From IMG/VR virus record IMGVR_UViG_3300032254_000255, positions 1 through 28,147 of that record: DNA of 28,147 bases. One strand, given 5' to 3'. Source of the DNA: a virus. Taxonomy: Duplodnaviria; Caudoviricetes. How positions within the stretch are numbered: the first letter of the stretch is position 1; every line of letters starts with the position of its first letter. This document shows, in pieces, positions 8,294 to 14,825 of the stretch. A program made the translations under genes and the position numbers. The notes under the pieces were generated by a model. It was not told the DNA's origin. It worked only from the letters and a program-made list of their open reading frames with translations, and searched no databases.

Positions 8294-8467
8294 TTACATT
8301 AGATGTGGAAGCGCCACTATAAAGGACCAAACAACAAAAATTACAGAAATGGAGCCAAAAACAAAAGAACCTACCTTATCAAATAAGCTCATGTCGTCCT
8401 CATTATCATAACTGGCCAGTTTAAAAATAGTTGCACCTATAATCGCTAAATATATAGCCTCTAGCAT
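8294..8467 (-). CDS. Small two-TM membrane protein, 57 aa (not in ORF track)
   Basis: MLEAIYLAIIGATIFKLASYDNEDDMSLFDKVGSFVFGSISVIFVVWSFIVALPHLM; AAGGA RBS. Confidence 0.65.
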   Translation of the reverse strand: MLEAIYLAIIGATIFKLASYDNEDDMSLFDKVGSFVFGSISVIFVVWSFIVALPHLM

Positions 8468-8476
8468 ATGTCTTCC

Positions 8477-8866
8477 TTAACAGTTCTTTGCGTTTGCTAT
8501 CTCGCGTCTTAATTTTACAGGATCATCAATTGACGGGGTAAGAATAAAATTGCCACCAGTGCCATTAACTTTTAATTTTCCGTATCCAAAAATCCTGCCA
8601 AGGATACTTTGTTGCAGGTTCATCTCTTCAATGCGAGACAGGTTAATTTCCTCTGTCTTTCTAGCAATGAGACCTGTTTTAAGTACAAACCGATTACTAG
8701 TAACGCCGGTTTCTGTGGTCCACTTTATTACAAAAAGATATAAACCGAATGGTGATAGTATTAACGTGGCTATTAGAAAAATAGCCCATATACTATAGAG
8801 CCAATGAAACTTCGCTGAATATAATAATTCTTCGCCTGTTGCCGAACTGTCTTCTATATAAGACAC
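8477..8866 (-). CDS. Membrane-anchored bacterial PH-domain (bPH_2-like) protein
   Basis: N-terminal hydrophobic hairpin then TE..VTSNR...KTGLIARKTEEI.L.RIE...QQSILGRIFGYG. Confidence 0.85.
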   Translation of the reverse strand: MSYIEDSSATGEELLYSAKFHWLYSIWAIFLIATLILSPFGLYLFVIKWTTETGVTSNRFVLKTGLIARKTEEINLSRIEEMNLQQSILGRIFGYGKLKVNGTGGNFILTPSIDDPVKLRREIANAKNC

Positions 8867-8896
8867 GTTGTACCCCTTATTTCTTTAATAAGCGCA

Positions 8897-9592
8897 TTAC
8901 CCCTGCGGGCTTATAGCCCAGACCACTACGGCCCACACTTCTACATCTGGTACTCCTGCGTCATGGTGGTGTATGCCGCTGTTCTTGAAGGATACAGTTT
9001 TATATTTTGGGTTGTTAGACATGGGCGTCAGTGTTGTGACATTTCCTTTTTTCTTAAACTGCTTAACAGTAGCCTCAAATAAATCACCAACGGCTCGGCG
9101 CTTTACAATAACCTTCAGCCCGTCCTTCAGTTCTTTTGGGTAATCAAAAATTCTCTGACAAACAAGGAATGTACCTTCTGGATAGATTATATCCATACTG
9201 TCACCTATAACCTTGAGCGCAAAAAGATTAGCGTTTTTCTCTCCACCCACCATAGGGATATAGTCTAGGGCAGACTCTTCAAACGCCTCGATAAAAGCCC
9301 CCGCCTGGACATTCCCAACAACAGGTACAGACGAAAAGCTTGTTTCTATAGAGGTTAAGTCTTTACCCGCAGACACTATCAATCTGTTTTCACGCAGTGA
9401 CTGATGTAAGTCAGCCTCGCTTATTTCAAGAAACCTAGCGGTTAAGGTGATTTCATTGGTTTGAATTCTCCGTTCGCCGTTAGATATTTCATATATTCTA
9501 GGTGATTCAACGCCAAGTATACGGGCAAGCTCTATCTGCTTCTTGCCTACCTCTTTAATTCTGTTCTTAAACCAAGTTCGTTCTTTTGCCAT
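8897..9592 (-). CDS. cI: CI-like repressor (HTH + S24 peptidase)
   Basis: HTH QIELARILGVESPRIYEISNG; cleavage site VQAG; catalytic GDSM and TVK; start MAKERTW at 9592 preferred (9616 possible). Confidence 0.92.
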   Translation of the reverse strand: MAKERTWFKNRIKEVGKKQIELARILGVESPRIYEISNGERRIQTNEITLTARFLEISEADLHQSLRENRLIVSAGKDLTSIETSFSSVPVVGNVQAGAFIEAFEESALDYIPMVGGEKNANLFALKVIGDSMDIIYPEGTFLVCQRIFDYPKELKDGLKVIVKRRAVGDLFEATVKQFKKKGNVTTLTPMSNNPKYKTVSFKNSGIHHHDAGVPDVEVWAVVVWAISPQG

Positions 9593-9628
9593 GCGGGGCA
9601 TATTGCCATAAGGCATTACTATATTCCT

Positions 9629-9682
9629 GTACTATAATCGTATAAATACTTCTTGACATAATATACGAAAAACGTTTATTCT
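9629..9682 (+). promoter_or_regulatory. PR-like promoter with operators
   Basis: TTGACA (9653)-N18-TATTCT; operator ATACG-AAAAA-CGTTT at 9663..9677; degenerate GTACT-ATAAT-CGTAT at 9629..9643. Confidence 0.8.
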
Positions 9683-9689
9683 TTATCTC

Positions 9690-9944
9690 ATGAAGAAACA
9701 GGCATCACATATTTTCAGGTTAGCGGGCTGCGGCTGCGAGCGAGTAGGGCGGCACGCAATCTCACAAATTACGGGGTTAAGCGGTAAGCAAATGCTTTGC
9801 TGGACATATCCTCGCAGTAAAGGCGGAACCGATGGGTTAATTCCAAGTAAGTGGCACCCAATAATCCTTTCAGCTTTTCCTAAGCAAATAACACCTCGCG
9901 ATTTCTTTGAGTTCGACACAAGCGCCGATGAGGTCGCGGCATGA
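9690..9944 (+). CDS. cro: Cro-like regulator
   Basis: Divergent from cI; HTH-like region then WTYPRSKGGTDGLIP, ends EVAA. Confidence 0.8.
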   Translation: MKKQASHIFRLAGCGCERVGRHAISQITGLSGKQMLCWTYPRSKGGTDGLIPSKWHPIILSAFPKQITPRDFFEFDTSADEVAA

Positions 9945-9989
9945 TTTCTTTGGTTAACAGCTCCCTGACCCTCCCTCCTGAGGGCACTT

Positions 9990-10023
9990 GCCGGAAAGAT
10001 GTTTCGAGTACCGGCTCTTTTTT
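9990..10023 (+). terminator. tR1-like terminator
   Basis: GCCGG...CCGGC stem followed by TCTTTTTT between cro and the cII-like gene. Confidence 0.55.
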
Positions 10024-10096
10024 GGTGGTTGTTGACCCTACTACCGTCGTCCAATCAAGATGCTGACGGAGCATACAATAAACGGGGAATATAGAA

Positions 10097-10552
10097 ATGT
10101 TAAACGATAGAGAACGAAACGCGAATGTAGCGCGATTATTGCGCCCTGAGTTTCCTGCAAAGGACAAAGGCAAGCGCATAGAGGCGGCAAAGGCAATAGG
10201 CAGGACACCTACATCGTTTGAGCGCAAACTGTCTGGTTCACCTGTTGAAGTGCGCGCCACAACCGCCGCAGAGATAGCGGCACTAGCTGAGAACAACCTT
10301 GTTGGTGCGAGTTTCTTTAACAAGCTATTGGCACCGGCTCGCATGAAAACCATGCCTATCACCAGCGACACGCCACTGTCTAAGGTTTTGACGGTCCTGA
10401 CACGCATAAGTGCAGCGGGTGCCGAAGCCCTTGAAGACCTAAAGTTAACCCAAGATGAAAAAGCCATGCTTGCCCCCCTTATCGACCGCGCAGAAAATGG
10501 CCTAAACGCCCTGCGCCTAGCGTGTGCAGAAGAAGGAGTAACACGCCTGTAA
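10097..10552 (+). CDS. CII-like transcriptional regulator
   Basis: Position after cro; HTH-like EAAKAIGRTPTSFERKL; C-terminal ALEDLKLTQDEK helix pattern. Confidence 0.65.
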   Translation: MLNDRERNANVARLLRPEFPAKDKGKRIEAAKAIGRTPTSFERKLSGSPVEVRATTAAEIAALAENNLVGASFFNKLLAPARMKTMPITSDTPLSKVLTVLTRISAAGAEALEDLKLTQDEKAMLAPLIDRAENGLNALRLACAEEGVTRL

Positions 10553-10590
10553 TTCCCCCTGATGGGCACCGCGCCACCCAAACCCCAAGA

Positions 10591-10741
10591 GGCGCATTAG
10601 TGGGAGATGAAAAATGCAAACGCGAGGGAAAGCCCTCAAGCTCAGTTGGTTACTTAGCAGCCGGTGAAATTCCAGCATTTGTTTCGATTAGTGACCGCCC
10701 TTTTTCCTAATAGCTCCGGGCGGCAAGGGGTGAAAGTCCCT
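10591..10741 (+). ncRNA. Putative structured RNA (multi-arm junction with T-loop hairpins)
   Basis: Closing stem GGCG-CATTAGT / ATTAGTG-AC-CGCC enclosing GAGGG-AAAG-CCCTC, GCT.AGT..ACT.AGC and GG-TGAAATT-CC arms; further GGG-TGAAAGT-CCC. Confidence 0.5.
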
Positions 10742-10748
10742 ACTTATG

Positions 10749-10824
10749 AGTGGTGTAGTTTAATGAAAACAGCCGGATACACGTTACGAGGCAAATGCAG
10801 GTGAGAACCCTGTCATCATTCCCA
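10749..10824 (+). ncRNA. tRNA-like element / pseudo-tRNA with no assignable anticodon
   Basis: 76 nt; acceptor AGTGGTG/CATCATT, T8A9, D stem GTTT/AAAC, T stem GCAGG/CCTGT, encoded 3' CCA; non-canonical anticodon arm and T loop. Confidence 0.65.
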
Positions 10825-10826
10825 AG

Positions 10827-11313
10827 CTTTGTTTTTAGTTGGTAAGTGCGGCGCTGGAGTCTGTTGTGTCAAAAATTGAAAAGAATTGTTTGGTTTGTAA
10901 TGAGGTTTTTTACACACGTAAAGGGCAAATAAACGCGGGTAAAGGTAAAACTTGTAGCCGCTCCTGTGCTGCTAAATTAACCCCTAAGCGCGACTGTAGG
11001 GGTAATAAAAACAATAACTGGAAGGGTGGCGTATCTGGAACGTCGAGCGCTTATCTAAAGGCAAAAAGGTCTTACAACTTACGGCACCCAAAGAAGACCG
11101 CAGCACACATGGCTGTAAGGAACGCTTTGAGAAGTGGTCACTTAAAAAGAAAAAGCTGCGAAAAATGTGGGGCAGCAAAAGCAGAGGCGCACCATGAAAA
11201 TTACGAGGTGCCGCTGGATGTTATTTGGGTGTGTAGAGAGTGTCACAGAGATATTCATTACGGGCCTCAAATAGCCTCAGTAACGCGGGGCCACTTACCC
11301 ACTAAAAACAGAG
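10827..11313. repeat. 22-bp imperfect inverted repeat flanking the HNH gene
   Basis: CTTTGTTTTTAGTTGGTAAGTG (10827..10848) vs CACTTACCCACTAAAAACAGAG (11292..11313), 20/22 complementary plus one G.U. Confidence 0.9.
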
Positions 11314-11339
11314 AAAGGCAGACCAATGACCAACGATGA
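10866..11339 (+). CDS. HNH-like endonuclease with N-terminal zinc finger
   Basis: CLVC..CSRSC, NNNWKGG, CEKCG..EAHHENY..DVIWVCRECH; GTG at 10866 has a GGAG RBS. Confidence 0.8.
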   Translation: MSKIEKNCLVCNEVFYTRKGQINAGKGKTCSRSCAAKLTPKRDCRGNKNNNWKGGVSGTSSAYLKAKRSYNLRHPKKTAAHMAVRNALRSGHLKRKSCEKCGAAKAEAHHENYEVPLDVIWVCRECHRDIHYGPQIASVTRGHLPTKNRERQTNDQR

Positions 11340-11538
11340 ATTTTACGCAGTCCTAAAGCGTCTCTCAAAGTGCCTAACAAAGCAATCTCTGACGGATTTT
11401 GAGCGCGTACATGATGCGAAAATACTAGTACGCGGACAGATGGAGAAAATGGAGGCGCTTAGTAGGTTGCGCGAAAAATTCATAGAAGACGGAATACTAG
11501 AAGGAAGCCAAGTTTATCCAGCAGGAGATACCCAATGA
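11326..11538 (+). CDS. Hypothetical protein
   Basis: GAAAGG RBS, ATGA coupling to the next gene. Confidence 0.65.
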   Translation: MTNDEFYAVLKRLSKCLTKQSLTDFERVHDAKILVRGQMEKMEALSRLREKFIEDGILEGSQVYPAGDTQ

Positions 11539-11678
11539 ATGAGCAAGAGAACGCAAGACAATTCGGCGGCTATGACTTCAACCCCGCCGACTTAGGTGAC
11601 GACAAAATCAGCCAGATGTCTCGGCGTATGCAGAAGGTGCGCGAGGGATGGGACAAAACGGACGGGGTGAAGAAATGA
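11535..11678 (+). CDS. Hypothetical protein, 47 aa (not in ORF track)
   Basis: AGGAG RBS; ATGA overlaps at both ends. Confidence 0.6.
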   Translation: MNEQENARQFGGYDFNPADLGDDKISQMSRRMQKVREGWDKTDGVKK

Positions 11679-11821
11679 CTGGTATTACCTTGGTTTTTTG
11701 GTCGACTCTTATCATCTCTCAAATTCACTCTGCCGCTGGAAATAATAAGGCATGGTGCCAGTGGTCTTGCTTGGCTGTGGTCGCGCTCCTTGCTGATATA
11801 GCTTTCAAGGTTTGGGCATGA
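11675..11821 (+). CDS. Small hydrophobic protein, 48 aa (not in ORF track)
   Basis: MTGITLVFWSTLIISQI...LAVVALLADIAFKVWA; ATGA overlaps at both ends. Confidence 0.55.
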   Translation: MTGITLVFWSTLIISQIHSAAGNNKAWCQWSCLAVVALLADIAFKVWA

Positions 11822-12186
11822 CTAGCCGCTCAAGAAAGCGCAACAAGTACGGCGCAAAGCAGGTTATTGTAGATGGTCGCACTTTCCACAGTGACGGGGA
11901 GGCAAACCGCTATCTGCAGCTAAAGCTATTGCAGCGCGCTGGTGAAATTACAGACCTTGAGTGCCAGCCTAAATTCCATATCACATGCGGGGGAAACCCT
12001 GTGCTTATCAAGTCTAAGGGCTACCCAAACGGACGGAAAGCAACCTATAGCGCAGACTTTCGTTATGTGGACACACGGCGTGGCCTTGTTGTGGAGGATT
12101 TCAAGGGCTTTGACACATACGAGTCACGCTTGAAACGGGCCTTAATTGAAGCTGAATACGGGCTGAAAGTGGAGATAGTGAAATGA
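11818..12186 (+). CDS. DUF1064 family PD-(D/E)XK nuclease-like protein
   Basis: NKYGAK..VDGRTFHS..EA.RY..L, YSADFRY, VVEDFKG. Confidence 0.85.
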   Translation: MTSRSRKRNKYGAKQVIVDGRTFHSDGEANRYLQLKLLQRAGEITDLECQPKFHITCGGNPVLIKSKGYPNGRKATYSADFRYVDTRRGLVVEDFKGFDTYESRLKRALIEAEYGLKVEIVK

Positions 12187-12398
12187 AGTTTTTCAACTGG
12201 ATATTAAACCGCTGGTTTTCCCCTCGAGGGGTTATCTCAGACAAGGCTATGGCTAAAATGTGGCTTGAGCAATCAGAGCGCCGCCGTGCTGAGATGATAG
12301 AGAACCAAAGCCCACGTGAACACAACGCCCAAAAGCATTTGAAAGACCAAGCAACAGAGTGCCTGAAGGCGTTTAATGCTGTGAAAGGCGCACTATGA
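12183..12398 (+). CDS. Hypothetical protein
   Basis: ATGA coupling. Confidence 0.6.
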   Translation: MKFFNWILNRWFSPRGVISDKAMAKMWLEQSERRRAEMIENQSPREHNAQKHLKDQATECLKAFNAVKGAL

Positions 12399-12508
12399 GG
12401 CGCACTTGGTCACAAGATGAAACCAACGAGCTGCTAGATTTACTGGCACGCGGCCTTGAGGCCCACAACAGGCTCATTAGCCTACAACAGCAAGTAGGTG
12501 CTTTATGA
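12395..12508 (+). CDS. Hypothetical protein, 37 aa (not in ORF track)
   Basis: MRRTWSQDETNELLDLL...; ATGA overlaps at both ends. Confidence 0.55.
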   Translation: MRRTWSQDETNELLDLLARGLEAHNRLISLQQQVGAL

Positions 12509-12771
12509 GGGTTAAATGGAAGCAAGAAGATATAACCACGCTTCTGGATATGGTTACAAGACATGCGTCTATTAAAACCATGGCGAAGAGACTTGGGCGA
12601 GATGTACCGGCTATAAGAAGCAAGCTGTTTTATATCCGTCAGTGCAGTCGTGGCGAAAGTACCAATTACACTAAGACATTTTCACCCACAAAACCAATCA
12701 CCGCAATTGTATCACAAGACAAGATAGAGCGCATGTATGCAGGCCGTAAATATCAGGACATAGGGCTATGA
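12505..12771 (+). CDS. GcrA/Myb-like HTH protein
   Basis: KWKQEDITTLLDM...SIKTMAKRLGRDVPAIRSKL. Confidence 0.6.
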   Translation: MRVKWKQEDITTLLDMVTRHASIKTMAKRLGRDVPAIRSKLFYIRQCSRGESTNYTKTFSPTKPITAIVSQDKIERMYAGRKYQDIGL

Positions 12772-13193
12772 TGGACAAGCAAGTCATAGGTGACTGCACT
12801 CTATACTGTGGAGAAGAAAGGCGCAAGCATCGCGCTCGTGGGCATAAAAAAGCACTTCGTCTTTTTCCCCAAATCGGCCCTTGTGTGAAATGCAGAAGTG
12901 AAAATTCTGAGCGTCATCACATTGATGATAATCCGCATAACAATAAACCAGAAAATATCATGCCATTGTGTCGCCGGTGCCACACGATTGAGCATGGGAA
13001 AACATTTACACGTGCTGCCATAAATAGCGGAGTTAAGGCAGCCGCTGAAAAGAGGTTGTCAATTACTCATTGCCGAAGGGGGCATCCTTACAGCGGCGCA
13101 AACCTTTATGTAACGCCGACCGGAAAGCGAGTTTGCAAGGAGTGCAGCCGCATAGCCAAGCGCAAATACAGAGAGGCCAAGCGCTGTGAATAG
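12768..13193 (+). CDS. HNH endonuclease with C-terminal Cys/His domain
   Basis: CVKC..ERHHIDDNPHNNKPENIMPLCRRCH; THCRRGH..RVCKEC. Confidence 0.85.
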   Translation: MMDKQVIGDCTLYCGEERRKHRARGHKKALRLFPQIGPCVKCRSENSERHHIDDNPHNNKPENIMPLCRRCHTIEHGKTFTRAAINSGVKAAAEKRLSITHCRRGHPYSGANLYVTPTGKRVCKECSRIAKRKYREAKRCE

Positions 13194-13965
13194 CTCAATA
13201 ATAGATGAGGTGTTTATTGGTGATTGCCGTTTAATACTCGGTGATTGCACACAAGTCATGCCTGCGCTTGAGCCTGTGGATGCTGTGGTCACTGATCCTC
13301 CTTATCTTGTTTCCAAGGGCGGTTTTGCTAGCAACCTGCAGCTTGAGGGTGGCTTTGGTGGCTGGATGAAAGACTATGGCAACAGCGGTGATATTGTTAA
13401 GTGCGACCTAGCCTTTACTGATTGGGCTGGGGTGGTATATGACGCTTTACCTGACAGAAGTCACGCTTATTTCATGACTAACGGCCGAAACATCAAGGAT
13501 ATGCAAGGTGCCTTGGAGAATTCGGGTTTCAAGCTTCACACGCTGTTGGTATGGGACAAGCGGGCCGCGCTGCCTAATAAATATTATCAAAACGTGACGG
13601 AATTTTGCCTTTTTATGTACAAGGGAAAAGCTTTCACAATTAAAGACCCATCGTCTAAAAACCTTGTTTCATTGTTTCAGCGAGACGAGAGCGAACACCC
13701 CACCGAGAAGCCAAAAGAACTCATGGCCTTGTGGATTAAAAATTCCAGTGATGTAGGGCAAACCATTTTAGACCCCTTTATGGGCAGCGGCACAACAGGC
13801 GTTGCATGTGTAAAAACGGGCCGCAAGTTCATAGGCATAGAGCTAGACCGAAAATATTTTGACATAGCCTGCCAGCGCGTACAGGACGCTTACAAGCAGC
13901 CTGACATGTTTGTAACCCCACCAGCAAAGCCAGTACAGCAAGCACTACCTATGGGGGTTAAGTGA
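13186..13965 (+). CDS. N4-C/N6-A DNA methyltransferase (beta class)
   Basis: TDPPY precedes HPTEKP and DPFMGSGTTG. Confidence 0.93.
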   Translation: MNSSIIDEVFIGDCRLILGDCTQVMPALEPVDAVVTDPPYLVSKGGFASNLQLEGGFGGWMKDYGNSGDIVKCDLAFTDWAGVVYDALPDRSHAYFMTNGRNIKDMQGALENSGFKLHTLLVWDKRAALPNKYYQNVTEFCLFMYKGKAFTIKDPSSKNLVSLFQRDESEHPTEKPKELMALWIKNSSDVGQTILDPFMGSGTTGVACVKTGRKFIGIELDRKYFDIACQRVQDAYKQPDMFVTPPAKPVQQALPMGVK

Positions 13966-14825
13966 TGCTGAAGGTGCTTGATCTATTTTCTGGTATTGGC
14001 GGTTTCTCTCTTGGGCTTGAGCGCACGGGCGGTTTTGAGACGGTCGCTTTCTGCGAGATAGACCCATTTTGCCAGAAAGTACTTAACAAACACTGGCCCG
14101 ATGTTCCTGTTTATGAAGATGTAAGGACGCTAAATTATGATGGAGCAATTGACGTTATTACCGGAGGATTCCCATGTCAAGACATTAGCCTTGCAGGAAA
14201 CCTTGCAGGCATCAGCAATGATACTAGAAGCGGATTATGGTCAGAAATCATCCGATTGGTTCGCAACCTACGACCAAGCTACGTTATCGTGGAGAACGTC
14301 GCAAATCTGCTTAGAGGCCCTACTGAACAACCTGGCGGGTGGTTCGCAAGAATACTCTCAGACTTGGCCGAATGCGGGTATGATGCGGAATGGGAAAATA
14401 TACCAGCTGCCAGCCTGGGCGCGATCCACCTTAGAGAACGCGCGTTTATTGTTGCCTACCCCTCGAGCAAACGACAGTCAGAAACGGGGGAACTTCAATA
14501 TCCAAGAGCCACGCAACGGTTTCCCCGCTGCCGTGAAAAGGTATTTTCTACCTACGATCGGAAAGAACGAGTTCAAAGGAGCAGGCAGAAGCAGGTTCAA
14601 GGGTTCTCCGGACTTTCGTGGCGCGAAAATGTGCGAGGGGTTGCGGACTTGCTCAACCGACCCGATTTACCTCCACCCTTGTTTCGCGGAAGCCGTGATG
14701 GGGTTCCCCATTGGGTGGACAGAATTGCCGCCTGCGGAAACGCAATAATCCCACAGATTGCACATATGATTGGTTACGCCATCCTTGAGGCGTGTAATCA
14801 ATCAGAGAACAGGACACGTACCTAA
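13962..14825 (+). CDS. C5-cytosine DNA methyltransferase (large/alpha polypeptide)
   Basis: Motifs I DLFSGIGG, IV GFPCQD, VI ENV, VIII RER, X GNAIIPQIA. Confidence 0.93.
   Translation: MMLKVLDLFSGIGGFSLGLERTGGFETVAFCEIDPFCQKVLNKHWPDVPVYEDVRTLNYDGAIDVITGGFPCQDISLAGNLAGISNDTRSGLWSEIIRLVRNLRPSYVIVENVANLLRGPTEQPGGWFARILSDLAECGYDAEWENIPAASLGAIHLRERAFIVAYPSSKRQSETGELQYPRATQRFPRCREKVFSTYDRKERVQRSRQKQVQGFSGLSWRENVRGVADLLNRPDLPPPLFRGSRDGVPHWVDRIAACGNAIIPQIAHMIGYAILEACNQSENRTRT
14137..14748 (+). CDS. Nested out-of-frame ORF: putative beta polypeptide of the C5 methyltransferase
   Basis: 203 codons open in the +1 frame, AAGGA upstream; LPTP motif and LHPCFAEAVMGFPIGWT (motif IX-like). Confidence 0.75.
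   Translation: MMEQLTLLPEDSHVKTLALQETLQASAMILEADYGQKSSDWFATYDQATLSWRTSQICLEALLNNLAGGSQEYSQTWPNAGMMRNGKIYQLPAWARSTLENARLLLPTPRANDSQKRGNFNIQEPRNGFPAAVKRYFLPTIGKNEFKGAGRSRFKGSPDFRGAKMCEGLRTCSTDPIYLHPCFAEAVMGFPIGWTELPPAETQ

Noticed and set aside
9880-10581. 233-aa minus-strand ORF
   Set aside because: Antisense to cro and the cII-like gene, no RBS or recognisable motif
10749-10824. Functional tRNA (e.g. tRNA-His because of G-1:C73)
   Set aside because: No 5-bp/7-nt anticodon arm, no GTG anticodon, no TTC in the T loop
10827-11313. IS/MITE with terminal inverted repeats
   Set aside because: Enclosed ORF is an HNH, not a transposase; no clear target-site duplication; G.U pair favours an RNA helix
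13186-14825. Restriction-modification system
   Set aside because: No cognate restriction enzyme recognisable; orphan phage MTases near a Lar-like gene fit anti-restriction better
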